The notes beneath the pieces were generated by a model that was not told where the DNA came from, made no database searches, and was given only the letters and a program-made list of their open reading frames with translations. This document shows positions 37,921 through 51,419 of a stretch of 64,000 bases of DNA, in pieces. The stretch comes from Chlorokybus atmophyticus. Its lineage: Eukaryota > Plantae > Mesostigma and Chlorokybus algae. A program made the translations under genes and the position numbers. The stretch lies in assembly GCA_009103225.1 (NCBI GenBank), contig RHPI01001037.1, positions 1,340,916 to 1,404,915 of the forward strand, in the 5' to 3' direction. Position 1 is the first letter of the stretch; every line of letters starts with the position of its first letter.

Positions 37921-39593
37921 GAGAAGGAATAGGAGCAGGACCAGAACCAGAACCAGAACCAGGAGCAGCAGGAGGAGGAGAAGGAGGAGGTGTTGGTGGT
38001 GAACTCAGCCCCGGGGTGATTAGGTTCACGCACCCGCTGGCTTCGCAGAGCGTTAAGGCCATCGCCTTCAACGCCTACGCGAGCAGCGTCAGGACAGGGC
38101 TTAGGGCAGCCTATGCCAATGCTGACTCCGGCCCTGAAGCCTTAGCCGAAGTGGAGAAGCTCATAGGCGTTCACTGGGCCGAGCTGCCCCTGTCACAAAA
38201 GCAGCCCTTTATCGCCCAGGTTAGTGCACGTTTTCTTGGTTTACTTTGTGCATGTGCATGTATGCGTGCATGTCACTTTACACCAGAAAGAGTTGAGTAG
38301 TACCCCCCCNNNNNNNNNNNNNNNNNNNNNNNNNNNNNNNNNNNNNNNNNNNNNNNNNNNNNNNNNNNNNNNNNNNNNNNNNNNNNNNNNNNNNNNNNNN
38401 NNNNNNNNNNNNNNNNNNNNNNNNNNNNNNNNNNNNNNNNNNNNNNNNNNNNNNNNNNNNNNNNNNNNNNNNNNNNNNNNNNNNNNNNNNNNNNNNNNNN
38501 NNNNNNNNNNNNNNNNNNNNNNNNNNNNNNNNNNNNNNNNNNNNNNNNNNNNNNNNNNNNNNNNNNNNNNNNNNNNNNNNNNNNNNNNNNNNNNNCACCC
38601 ACACCCACACACAAGTGTAATGGGTATTGCTTATGGACTGGTGGTGGTGTGCGGCAACGCATTGTAATATCAATATGGTTGGGTCACGACAAGTAACTTG
38701 ATGCCTATTATACCAGGCGCGATCGGATAAGGCAGAGTTTTTCAGGCAGAATGGGTGGGTGGGCTCAACAGATGCCATCGACAATGCCGTGCTCGCTATG
38801 GGTGATGATGGCACTGTTGAGTTGGTGAAGCGCAAGCGCGGTCGGCCTCCGAAGCTTCGAGAAGACGGTACTGCTGCGCCCGCCCCATTATCATCCTCTG
38901 TGCCACGAAGAAAGGTGCATGTGCAACATTGTGGTGACTACGTAACGATTAGACAACACTTATCAGCTTTCACATCAAGTAGTTGCACTGTTGCACTGTC
39001 TGCGTGCTGAAGTGTGCGTTGAGCATGCATCGATGGCGCTGCTTAGAGTGGTCAATATTGTTATTGGAAGCTCATGTGCTTGCAATGCACTATGGTCTAG
39101 CTGTGTACCATTCACATGTACTGTGATGTATATCAACAGATTTTGGGTGCAATGTTCAAGAATGTTGGGGTCACTTGCACATGACAGTATTGTCATTTTC
39201 TTGTGTACGTCAGACAAATCACTGTCAAGTTGTTACTTCATCAATTGCTTGCTCATCATTGAAGCTGAAACATTGTTTCATGTGCAGTACAAGGCCCGCG
39301 TGAAGCCAGCGCAGCAGGCAGCGGAGGATACCAATGTAATCGGGACGCAAGTGGACGGCATTGTGGACGGCATCTTCGACGTTGGCTTGTTCATCACGGC
39401 GAGAGTGGCCGGCCCATCCGGGCAGCCGATTGTGCTTCGTGGGCTCGTGTTTCGCCCCGATGTTGCCACGCCCATTGACACCCCCAATGGGCTGTGCAGC
39501 CCTTCGCTCCAGAATGTCCCGAACGTGTCGGTGATCACAACAATGTCACAATCTGGCGAGCAGCCACAGCTGGAAGCTGAGTTGCAAATATAA
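37812..39593 (+). CDS. Chromatin protein: HMG-box-like domain, AT-hook and C-terminal 'V.G.VDG.FD.G' domain; model spans an N gap
   Basis: AFNAYASSVRTGL...EVEKLIGVHWAELPLSQKQPF (HMG-like); KRKRGRPPK (AT-hook); VIGTQVDGIVDGIFDVGLFITARV...LRGLVFRP (motif shared with plant ARID-HMG and MNM1-type AT-hook proteins). Confidence 0.72.
38310..38595. other. Assembly gap (N run)
   Basis: Run of n. Confidence 0.99.
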
Positions 39594-40641
39594 GCGCACG
39601 CCCTTGCTGAGGATGGTGGATTATCTGCCATGTCCCATTCTGCCGCATGAGACGAGTCAACATAATGCAGTACTTGCGCTTGGCGCTGGTAGCATTTCCT
39701 GTATGATAGTCAGCTGCTTGCCGCGCCCTGCCAAAGTACTTGCAGATACTGTACCTGTGCACTGCACAGTATACAAAAGATGCAAGGTGGATCACGCACA
39801 TGCAAGTCACACCGCACTCACATGGCATACACAACTTCATCACACCATCTTCACCATGTCAGAGAGACATTTTCACCATGCTTCCACATACAGCACCACC
39901 GGACTATATGCTGTCGCAGTTCTTTATACAGTAGGTGAATAGTGAGTGTCGTGCTTAATGTGCAACATGGTAGCAGTATTGTGCCAAATTGTAATTAGCT
40001 TGCCAGCATCCATCTCTGTTGTGTCCTTTCTGGCATGCCTGTCATTGTAGAAGGTGTCACATGGTTGTATGCATAAACTAACCAAACACAACAATCTGCC
40101 ACACAACCAAGTGACTTGGATTAAGGTTGGACCGTACAATACCTACCGCTTGATGTTCAAGCCCGTGCCCCTCGCCTGATGCTGCCTTCATTTCATCGCA
40201 CATGGAAGCCAGCCCCCTAGCCTTGTATAGCTTGGTTGCTTGTTGCCATGTGTGGTTGCGGTTGTGGAGCTTGTTGCTTGCTTGTCTATTGGTTCTGCCC
40301 CCTCTCTTGCAATACACTATTCTAAGTATGCAAATCGTTTACATCTGCAGCTAAAATTGTTCGCCTTATGCGTAACAAAATTAAATGCTGATATATCGTA
40401 AGGCATGCACTTTTGCAACCAAGTTGTGCAGCATGATGCACATGCTATGGTTTTTGCGTATGCCAGCGGGCCCGCTTTCATATGCGCGCATAAGGCAGAT
40501 TTAAGGGTCAGGGAACACAAATAGCTGAAACACGTTATGTATTTAAGGAAAAGGCAGGCAATGACGTACATGACAATGCACATATACAAACAATATTACG
40601 TGACTTCAAACCACGTACACTACTTAAGTTCGACGAGGAGT

Positions 40642-40657
40642 GGGGGGGGGGGGGGGN

Positions 40658-40706
<49 letters not shown>

Positions 40707-40712
40707 GGGGGG
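40642..40712. repeat. Poly-G tract with one n
   Basis: Directly visible; length probably unreliable. Confidence 0.85.
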
Positions 40713-41031
40713 ATATGTGCATGCGTGCAAAGCATGTAGTATAAACAAAAATCAAGATTGGCTATAGGTATGGGGTAAAAGAGGTATGCTTGCATGATTG
40801 CGGGTGCACATTTAGACTATATCCTACAGAGTGCAACTTTACGCAATTGGAATGATTATCATCCATGCTTGCCATAACATGTATGTATTTGGTAATCACA
40901 CACAATGTTAATACGACTCATGTGTATGCGTTAAACTTATTAAAATCAACAACTATTTGGTAGCATCTTACATGCCAGCTACAACATGTCCGCACGCATT
41001 TGTACATATTATTATTCATGATATTGCATAT

Positions 41032-42265
41032 TGTTACGCCGGGCGGGGGGGAAATTATCACCAAAACTATGTACAGTAATCACACACTATTACATGTAGT
41101 GACTGTACACTCCCTTAACCACCTTTCGTTGAATGAACAACTACTTGGTAACTTAAGGGTTATGGTCACCTAGCTTAGGTACCCCTACCTTAGCCCCAAA
41201 AGCCCAGAGCTCAAGTCGTGCGGCGGCTACCCTCCACCCGCGACTGGCTCTTTTTTTATGGCGAAATCCATCGCCATGAGCTTTACTAGGAACTATCTTG
41301 GCTAAGACCTACTTGGTCTAAAGCCTTCTACCAGATCCCCATTCACTCACCCAAGTGATTGGTTTAGTTCACCCGGCATTAGTTCACTGGCATTCTGCAA
41401 AGTGACCAATAATGCGAATCCGCGATTTCTGTGCTTGCGGCCATGGTAGGCGGCGCTGCCACGCGCTGCGTATCGGCACACGCGGGAGGGGGCTAATGCC
41501 TTAGCCGATTTTCTGTCGCGACGTCGCGTCGCGAAGTGATCTAATAGTTGATTCACTAGTGAATCAACTTTTGTTCACTACCTTGTCGGCTTTATGAATC
41601 ACTTTACTAGTGAATTAACTTAGTTCACCAGTGATTCACTTTTGGCTCTCCCATCTATTAGTCCCCTCATATTAGGGTGATTCACTTAATTCACTTACGA
41701 ACCCCTAGTGAACTATTTTAGTTCATGTTCGTAACTGGACTAGTGAACTAATTTAGTTCACTATGTTGATTCACTTCGCAGGTGGATCAACCCCTTCGCG
41801 AACTCATTTCGCGAAGTCCTTTTTGTTCACCCTAGGTAGGCTACTTCGCTCTATTCATCTGATCCAAATAAGCCGCCTTGGATTGGCCTAAATGAACCTT
41901 ATAATTACACATGCTTTTTCCTATGATGCTTCACGCGATTGGCCCCATAAGCCCACATCGCGGTAATAAATCATTATACTAAAGCCATGTGCTTTTATCT
42001 TCCTACTCAAGACGCCCATACATTCATGAACAGGGTAATTCCTAGTCAACCACTTCTAATTAGATGCATGCGAATGCTCTAACTAGCCAGGCCTAAAATT
42101 AGCGATGCATTGCACTCGTGTTAAAGCTCAAACACGAACACACGCATTCAAAGCTTGTATAACAAACCAAGATAATCCAACCAAGGTTCATTAAACTTTT
42201 GTCTCTCGCTAATTAAACTTATATATACACTGTACATGACCAGCTATAGTAGCTAGGCCGTAACA
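41032..42265. mobile_element. Solo LTR (1234 bp), TSD CATAT, family different from the element at 31388-36882
   Basis: Ends TGTTACG...CGTAACA (7-bp inverted termini); CATAT at 41027-41031 and 42266-42270; no coding sequence. Confidence 0.82.
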
Positions 42266-42995
42266 CATATAATATCGCAATGCTGCATTATGCATCAAGT
42301 TATATGTAATTTTATTGATGATGCAATGCAACATCGTTGTTGACACTGGACACATGAGCAATGTCATTAAACTTTGATTAACATTTTTGTATTATATTAT
42401 AAACGGCATGCATCAATTGAAAACAGTTTTAATGCACCATGCAATATACTGTATGTATCTCGACCCTATTGTGAAGAAGTTATGAGCGACTTGTTATCCT
42501 TAACCGTAAATCATGAAAAAGATGAAGTCTATATGATGCTTTTTATGTTGATGAACAGGATTATCAGATATAACGGTGTAACGTTATGGTGCAACCCTTC
42601 AGCTTACTGCTCGCGTTGCACAAACTGTTGTCATGCATTGTGTGACACAATTTGTGTTACAATGTTATGGTCACGTGGCAAACTGGCTTGCTGCTGACGT
42701 GGAAAAGCGCCTCACATGAAACGAATGAAGCACACAGAATCCGTCAAACACTTCACTGTTTACCACTGCAATCTGTCGATCAATTAATGAACGGACGCCG
42801 GCCAGAACCAGCCTGGCCACAAGCTGGCCCGCCACCGGGCCTTACGTCCACAGCGCATTCACTGTCTCAGCACATGGTATTGTGCAGCCAAAGTTAGGGG
42901 TAACTTATGCCTGCAAATGCAGTGACTGTCTACATCGCAGGCGGTTTGGGAAGGGTAGATAAGACCCGAGGTTTGGCGAACGTTAGTCAAGTTGC

Positions 42996-43004
42996 TTAGG
43001 GTTT
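42996..43004. promoter_or_regulatory. Telo-box motif 82 bp upstream of the LTA2 ATG
   Basis: TTAGGGTTT followed by aggtttag. Confidence 0.45.
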
Positions 43005-43085
43005 AGGTTTAGTGTTTGCAGTTGTGTGTCAAGTGGCTGGCATTGGCGGTGGCGGCAGTAGTGGTGTAGGTGTGGCTGGGCAGCG

Positions 43086-46000
43086 ATGGCGCCAGCGGCA
43101 ATGGCGCTGACAGTGGAGTATGCTGGGCTCAGACGGTGCAGCGCTGCCTCTACGGCAAGCTCCTCGTTCCTGGGGCGCCGGGTGCCCTCCGCCGTGAGCA
43201 GGCCGGCTGGAGCAGGCTCGCGCAGCCGCCGGCAGCTGCATGTGCAGGCGAAGATCAGGGAGATCTTCATGCCTGCACTTAGCAGGTGAGAGTTTGACTA
43301 CACCTGGCTTGCATGCACAGTGGACGTGTGTTGTCCAGAGTGCATTGTCTTGCAAGCAGCGGAGCGAGAATTGCGTAAGTCCGCATTGAGTTTCATGCAT
43401 TGCAACAGTGTACTGGCAGCAACAAGTCGTTCAGCTTGCAGCATTGTTTGTTGATGCTGACGGGTCAATGGGGCACAAGTAACAGTCGTGGTGGCACTGC
43501 ATGACTGCGGTGAGTACTTGTTGCGCGTGGCAATTGCCTGTGGTCGTCTTGAGCGTAGCGTCCCACCACACGCCGCACTTTAGAACAGCGTAGGGCGTGT
43601 GGTGGGAACTCGCCATATGAATGTTCGTGCAGGGGTCAAACAGCACCTGCCTGCAGATGCTGTCATTGTCTTGCGCACAGATGTCGGGCAAGCAGTTGTC
43701 AAATGCGCCACTATGCAGATCGTTAGCACACATGTACTGCATGTGTACGTCTGTCAAGTTAAGAGCTTGTACACATGCAAACAAGCGAGTTGTACTCGAA
43801 CGGACTTGGTGCCGGAGTCCTTTGGGGGCTGCAGCTTACGTTGGGCACTATCATCGCTACTGTAGTCTGTCGCAGATAGTATAGTAGAGCCTGTAGTGAA
43901 GTCACGCTGTATCTACCGCAATGCAGCATTGTCAATGCATGTTCCAATTAACAGACGTAACACAGTCCAGCACACACACTGTGTTTTAGCACATGCAATT
44001 CGACCTAGACATCTTTGCCTGTGAGAGTAAACTGGTTGTAAAGACCAAAAAGCACAAACACAGTATCACCATACTGTAAACTGGTCGTTGTGCACCTCTC
44101 ACGTCTATGCCTGTTTCAGCACAATGACAGAGGGGAAGATTGTGTCGTGGTCCAAGGGTGAGGGTGACGCGCTCAAGAAGGGAGAGACGGTCGTGGTTGT
44201 GGAGAGCGATAAGGCTGACATGGACGTTGAGACGTTCTACAACGGTTTCTTGGCTGCCATTGTTGTTGGGGACGGCCAGGTTGCTCCTGTCGGCACACCC
44301 ATTGGTCTCCTTGCTGAAACCAAGGAAGAGATTGAAGCTGCCAAGGCTCAGGTAATGCGCATCTGTTCCAGTTCCACCTGCATTCATGGTAACTGTGCAA
44401 TCTACTTGAGAGCGTGAGCGTGCTCTCTAGCAGGCTGGGAAAAATCGTTCTTTTGACTGTTTTTTCTTGTAAAGCCTGGTTGTACTGTTGCTTGACTGGA
44501 ATCCTTGTCTTGATTGTGTGTGTGTGGGAGGCGGGGAGGNATAATGCTGACGTAAATTACCTCAAAGTTAATATTCAATTAAGCAAAAATCGGCATTGTT
44601 AGGCGGCCATTTGGTCACATGGCCGAAGTTGAATTCGGTCGCAACGGTGATAGCCGCCGTTGCCGGAAAAAGCCGTGGAGATGCCAGGGGGGGGGGCGGG
44701 CACCATGCTCGGTCCCCTACACATAGACACATGGCTCATGATTGTTGCGTTGTTTTTGTATCAATTCAAGAGGCAGTTGCATGTGAGTGTGGTGTGCCTA
44801 CTCTCAAAAACCTTGATGACGAGCTATGGATTCTCACCGCACAATGCAATATCAGTCGCGCAATCATGAACAACATAGTCATTGCTTGCTTGTTAACCTT
44901 GTGAAGGGCTCTAACTCGTAATGACATTGACAGGCTGCATCGCTGGGTACAACCGCGCCCACTCCTGCTGCTCCCGTAGCCGAGCCTGAACCAGCAGTTG
45001 CAGAGGAGGAGGCGCCTCCGCCCCCTGCTCCAACCGCTGCGCCATCAGCGCCTGCTCCTGCTCCAGCTCCAGTAGCTGCTGCGCCGCCCGCACCCAAGCC
45101 CGCACCCGCACCGGTAGCTGCTGCACCCGTGACGCGTACTGACGGCCGCATCATTGCAACCCCGTATGCAAAGAAGCGCGCAAAGGAGCTCAATGTTGAC
45201 CTGGCGACTGTTGCTGGCTCTGGGCCCAACGGACGGTGCGTGGGTGGCATGCTGTCTGTGTTGCTGGATCGCATGGTTGTGTGGCGTACGCACAATGGAA
45301 CACTCGCACTTGAAAACAGATTTCTGCGATGCACAATGTGCGTTGTTATAGATGCTGCACTTGTATACATGCTCTCGTTGCGCATGCAGTGCTGTTAAAA
45401 GAGAAAAGTATTGCACTGTGCTTTTGGCATGTCTGCAAGTTGTGAAAAGACCAAAGTGTGATTGTGCTGTTCCAACAGCATTGTTGCTGAAGATGTGGAG
45501 GCTGCTGCCGGAGTGAAGAGTGCCCCAGTCACATCATCCTACACACCCGCAGCCCCGGCCGTTGCCAAGGCCTCACCCGCTCCCTCCGCTCTCTCCGCCC
45601 CCGCTCCTGCCGCCGCCGCCCCTGCCGCCGCCACCAGCGGCCAGCACGTCCCCTTCTCCACGCTGCAGTCCGCTGTCGCGCGCAACATGAACGCCTCCCT
45701 TGCAGTGCCCGTGTTTCGAGTCAGCACCTCCATCACCACCGATGCGCTGGACAAGCTCTACAAGCAGGTCAGTCGAGCCTGTGCATTCCGCGGAAGGCAT
45801 TCAAGCAGTTGCGTTTGTGTTTTTATGGTGTTCATGATGCGTCGTGTGCCCTGTTTGATGGCTGTTATAAGGTGAGCTGACAAGCATGCCAACTGCAGTG
45901 ACAAAGAGGGGTGAATGATGTCGGGGTGTATGTCATGTTGAAGTTTGTTGTATGGTGCTCTTAATCACTCGTGTGATGGCTACAGATCAAGCCAAAGGGT

Positions 46001-46860
46001 GTCACGATGACTGCGCTCCTCGCAAAGGCCATTGCTGTGGCTCTCAAGGAGCACCCCATTATCAATGCCAGCTTCCAGAACAATGGCATTCAGTACAACG
46101 AGTCCATTAATGTCTGCGTGGCTGTGGCCATGCCAGATGGGGGCCTCATCACACCTGTGCTAAAGAACACTGACCAGGTAAGAGCTAGAGATTATGCATA
46201 CCGTGTCATATTCTGCACATTGTTGCCTTGTAAATACTTGGTGCCGCAGACCGACATCTACCAACTGTCAAGAGTGTGGGCGTCGCTCGTTGACAAGGCG
46301 CGCGCAAAGCAGCTGTCTCCAGATGAATATAACTCAGGTATCAAGATGCACACTCAGTGGTAACTGCGCATAGCAACATTGTGTTGGTTGTATATCCTAG
46401 ATTGATATGCCTTCCTTTTCACAGGCACATTCACCCTGTCAAACCTTGGTATGTTCGGTGTTGACACCTTTGACGCCATCCTACCCGCTGGCCAGGTTTG
46501 TGGTTGCTTGCATGACACAACATAGGTAGTCACTGCATATCGTTGGCCTCTGCTCACCTGCTGACTGTTACAGGGATCTATTCTGGCTGTTGGTAGCGCA
46601 AAGCCCACTGTTGTCGCAACTGCTGAGGGCCTGTTGGGCGTGAAGAAGGTCATGCAGGTAAGCACCACAGTGGCTACCTGTAAGAGTGCCGAGAAACCTG
46701 CTTAAGCGCTGTTATGGCAAGTGGGTGTTGATGTCTGTGCCTGCATTCATAGGTGAACATTACATGTGATCACCGAATCATCTACGGCGCTGATGGCGCC
46801 AAGTTCCTCCAGACACTAAAGAAGGTCATTGAAGAGCCGGCAGGCTTGCTAGTCCTCTAA
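43086..46860 (+). CDS. LTA2: Plastid pyruvate dehydrogenase E2 (dihydrolipoamide acetyltransferase), multi-exon
   Basis: Transit peptide, then KIREIFMPALSSTMTEGKIVSW...VVESDKADMDVETFY (lipoyl domain); RIIATPYAKKRAKEL...GSGPNGR (E3-binding); catalytic FTLSNLGMFGVD.FDAILP...NITCDHRIIYGADGAKFL. Confidence 0.97.
44541..44686. repeat. 146-bp exact copy of 50243-50388 within an LTA2 intron
   Basis: Identical sequence, bounded by an n and a G-run. Confidence 0.9.
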
Positions 46861-48105
46861 ACTAATGTATGCACAGATATACTGATAAGAGTATTCAACT
46901 TGGATTGCCTGTTGCCGCCTGCATGCTGTGCATGAACACAGCGGCTTAAAACTAGAGTTTTGGCATTGATGATACAGGCAGTACATTACTGCAGCTGATC
47001 TGACAAGTTCAGGCGGTGATTGGTTTTCCATTCCAGCTGCATGGCATGCAAGCCATTTCTGAAGGGATTCGGTGGTTGTCACATGACCAACACTCAGTTG
47101 TGGTGCCACGCAGCAGTGTTGGTTGATTCTGCGGCATGATGGCGGTGGTACAATGTGTTTGCAGCATGCTGTGCAACTGTGCCACTGTGCCACTGTGCTT
47201 ACCCAGGCTTGTCATGCGGCTTTTGAACTAGTGACGCTTGCTGACTGGCATACAACGCGCCAATGTGCCAGCTGTACAGCATCAAACTGGAAGTTGAGTG
47301 CTGCCTACAACACCGCTAATCCTCACCTGTACAGCTGCGTGCTAACCGAGTGCAAGATACCTTGCAAGTTGATGTAATTTCGTTGCACAATGCTAAGATA
47401 TTTTCGCCATAAATGTAAGGCAAAAATATATATATTTTCGCCAGGCCTAAACATAATCATCACCATCATTGTCGGCATCACCATTGCCAGCCTTGTGTGC
47501 CCAAGTTGGATGAGCAAAATGTGTACAAAATAGCGCAAGTAACATAAGGAATTACTTGAATTGTGAGTATAAACTACTGCTTTTCCCGGGGGAAGGCTTT
47601 AAGGCATTGTAGGTGTTCACTTTACAAGTTGACGTCGTATCTCTCATATTACGAACATGTATGTGAACCAAAACAAAGCAATGATACACGTTAACGGAAG
47701 GAACATAGAATTGCGATGATAGCATTTGATGCGATTGAAATCGCATTGATTGCTATTATTATTATTAATGTCACCAAGCAGACCAACCACACAAACGACA
47801 AATATGACGTCTTTGTTTTACTTTGATGCAGTGCGGTAGTAGCTGCTGTAGAATGCACGGCAGTGTACGGCGAGCAATAGCAACCTTGTTAACGCATGTT
47901 AATGCATAAACATCAGAGGTGCTTTGCATACATGATATTTGAGGCCTTGAACTTGCCGCTCATAAGGTATACAATTGCCAATCAATCGTTGAAAAATTCT
48001 CATGCGTTAGGATATGAGTGTGTTGGTCTTACAATCAGGTTCTTATTGTTGGCCAACAAACGGTTTGAAAAATATTTGAGGAAAGAATCGGCACCACTGT
48101 TGACG

Positions 48106-48177
48106 AACAAGTCTTATGATCGCTTGCAGTTGTGCCAAACATATTTGGCACAACTCGAAGCGATTACAAGACTTGTT
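48106..48177. repeat. Inverted repeat (34-bp arms, 4-nt loop)
   Basis: aacaagtcttatgatcgcttgcagttgtgccaaa-cata-tttggcacaactcgaagcgattacaagacttgtt. Confidence 0.88.
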
Positions 48178-48775
48178 GGCCAATAGTGCTCTCAATTCTT
48201 CCCTCAAACACTCTGCACCACTCCGTGGCCAACTACAAGAACCGTTAGCTGTAGCACCAACACACTCCTTTCCCAACATAAGCACACATCTCCCTTGTTT
48301 GGCCTTACAAACCGCGCATAGGAAACTCCCCTTCCCTTCACGCGCAGATACATTGCTGCGTTCTTGTACGCTGTGGCTCCATCGCTTCAATCTCGGTCAA
48401 TAAATCTTGCAATTGCAGCTTTTTTACATTAATAACCCCTTAAACGTCTAGCACGGGAATTGCAATAGGTTGCAATGCGGACAAGCTCGCCACAAAGCCG
48501 CATTAACGTTTTTGAATAGTTTATAGACCATGCAAATTATTGGCACAACGCGATGTCCCAAGCCGTTTTGCTGCAACTCCAAAATGAAACCATGTGATCT
48601 AGACTTCAGATCTTGATCTGAAAGACATGGGCTGGGTACCGACACGCGAATGGCTTGACATGCACAACACAAAGCAATTGGGTAGAATCTCAGCGCAAGT
48701 GCCACGTGCCTTGCAACAACTTTTGTACTTAAAGCTCCATGTTGAAATCAGCTGAACAGCAGACCTTTTGGTCGA

Positions 48776-48925
48776 CATGGGCTGCTGCACCCTTTTGCTT
48801 GCGTTTACCGCTGAAAGAAATGACGGCGCCACGCGCATGCCTTCATACCGCATGGGCTACTGCACCCTTTTGCTTGCGGTTACCGCTGTAAGAAATTACA
48901 GCGCTACACGTATACTTTCATGTTG
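48776..48925. repeat. Diverged tandem duplication, period 75
   Basis: catgggct(g/a)ctgcacccttttgcttgcg(t/g)ttaccgctg at 48776 and 48851. Confidence 0.88.
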
Positions 48926-51419
48926 CAAGTGTTATACCTATGACATACCTTACACAAGGGCTTTGCCATTAACATTAAATAACATTTATGATCAACTTGC
49001 CAAGAATAGCATGTTAATGAACCCTTAAAATGTTCTTACACTTGAAGCTGACAAAGTCATAGCAAATGGCAAGAGCGCCAACGCTCGCAACAACGCCCCC
49101 ATGCGCAGTGCTTGTGGTTGTAAACTTTGCAAGAATTGAGTTGGACGGACTGTGAACAACTACAACAACTCAGCTCTGATTGTTCGTTTTCATGTGGACA
49201 ACGGACTCGCTCAATGTGCCAACCGATCATCCCCTCCCAATGCACTGCAATGTGACTTGCACTGCATGATGGCAATTCCGTGTAAGTGACTCATGTGTCC
49301 ACTCGTACAACATTTAATACGTACACTACCAACTCCGTACATAGGCATACAGAGAGAGGCTCGGGGTGGGTGGCGTGGCGTGCAGACGTGGTAAGCTGAG
49401 CCAGGCACGCTGGCAGGGACGCGCTCGCCAAAGAATTGAATAATCAACGCCTTAAACGTCTACTCACCTTCCACTGAAAAGCCGATGAAGATCGCCATCA
49501 AAGTAGGTGTACGGCTGCCGGCACGCTGCTCAGCTGCCCCCGGCCCGACCTCTGCCGCCATCGCCGCCGCCGCCGCCACCGCCGCCGAACGCTAGCCTCA
49601 ACCTCATTAGCATATCCTACATGCCATTGCCTTCGCAACAAGTGCGTGGTAGCGAGCAATTGGTTATGTTTGATGTGACCCGTTTATACGCAGCTGGGTA
49701 AGTGTTTAGGCAAAGCTGTGTGAACTCATTCAATCGTAGACACACTATTCTTGGGGCAAGATACGTGGGAGTGATGTGTAATTGCCTCAACACAAACATT
49801 CCAGTAGCAGTAACTAGGGGTGCGGCTGATTGGGCAGGGCCGGCGGCCTGCCGGCATTAGGGCACACAAATACATCACACGCGCATCATACAAAGGGCCA
49901 TCACATACGGAACTCGCGACTGCCGGGCTGCGCGGTATGCGCGGCCGCTTGCCTCTTATTGGCTAGGTGGCGACTATTAGCTATCGGCCGTTCGATCTGT
50001 GTTTAACAGATCTTGACAATACAAAGCACATCCTTACGTTATGCAATTGCTCATATGATATGAGCACAGTATTACAAATTAACACAACATCTGCAATGCA
50101 CATATGGCGGCATATTGATTCATATGGCCCATTTGACATGGGCATGTCTCACACTTATTAAGGTAGTAGATTAAGCAGTAACGTTCATGCCACGTTACGT
50201 CCAAAGGTTACCAGGGGGCTGTAACGCTATGATATCGGCACAATAATGCTGACGTAAATTACCTCAAAGTTAATATTCAATTAAGCAAAAATCGGCATTG
50301 TTAGGCGGCCATTTGGTCACATGGCCGAAGTTGAATTCGGTCGCAACGGTGATAGCCGCCGTTGCCGGAAAAAGCCGTGGAGATGCCAATTACTGCAAGA
50401 ATGCTTAAAAATATTTCGGAGGCATTTTGGCAGCAAAGACATCTCGAACGGCGAGTCAAACACCGGTTTTTAGGCGCCAACTTGGCACAGTTAGAGGTAA
50501 AACGCACGCGTTTTTGCAAGTATGAGGTCGGGGCAGGCCCCAAACACATGGCGCCTTCAATAATCATCTCTTTAACAGATTCGCTTACTGCTGCTTAGCA
50601 CTAATTGATTGTACACTACAATATTATAGCTCGGCAAACATGGTCTTCACCCGAACAACAGAATGAAACTCCCACAGCGGTGTGATGCCCACACCTTTGC
50701 TTTTTTGCAAGTGCATAAGAGAAACCATTACTCTGTATACACTACATTGCAAGCGTCATGCACATGCACATGGTCTATGCTCTCACACTGCCACGTCACT
50801 TCGGCTCTTTGCCAGTGCATACGAAGGCCTATGCGATTCGGCAATCATGTGATGATTACACACACTGCGTGGCAAAAACCTACCTCTTTGACACCTGAGC
50901 CGCACTGGTAACTACACATTCACTTCCTTATGGCTAGCACAAAAGCCTTTCGCGGATTTAAAGTACAGTACGCAGCACTAGACCTTTCCTACGCGAAGCT
51001 GGTACTTCCCGATGATACACTACAATACATGACATATCGCACACTCTGCAACAACTATGCTATACTAGTGCAGCTTGCTGCTCTGCCATATCAGGTTCAT
51101 TTTTACTCGTACTCTGTATCAGGCAGTCTACATCCTGTAACTTGCCACGCTACCGGTACTGTACATATGTTACTCAGCTGCAGACTTTGCAGAGCGTCCG
51201 ATTGTTCGGGGGCGCGCACGTCTTGAGACCTGCTGAGGGTTTTGCATGTCCCCACCCCCCCCTTTTTTCCAGCGCGTATGGCTTGTAATCGCACGAGCGC
51301 GGTCAAACGCTTTGTGCGGAATGGCGCTTCGGCCTGGTCAGGCTTTTTTGATATTGCCTGGTCTGGCCTGGCCTGGTCTGGTCCGGTGGGGTGGGGTGGG
51401 GTGGGGTGAGGTGATCAAG

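Noticed and set aside
40642-40712. Poly-G tract as a G-quadruplex element
   Set aside because: It contains an n, and long G runs are a common sequencing artefact, so its length is unreliable
44541-44686. Exact 146-bp copy of 50243-50388 inside an LTA2 intron, considered as a recent mini-transposition
   Set aside because: It is 100% identical, has no TSD, and is bounded by an n and a poly-G run, so a gap-filling or assembly artefact is more likely. Raw reads would settle it.
47896-48403. Overlapping ORFs on both strands
   Set aside because: Explained by the inverted repeat; no protein motifs
50301-50598. 78-88-aa ORFs in an AT-richer block
   Set aside because: No transposase or other motif recognised
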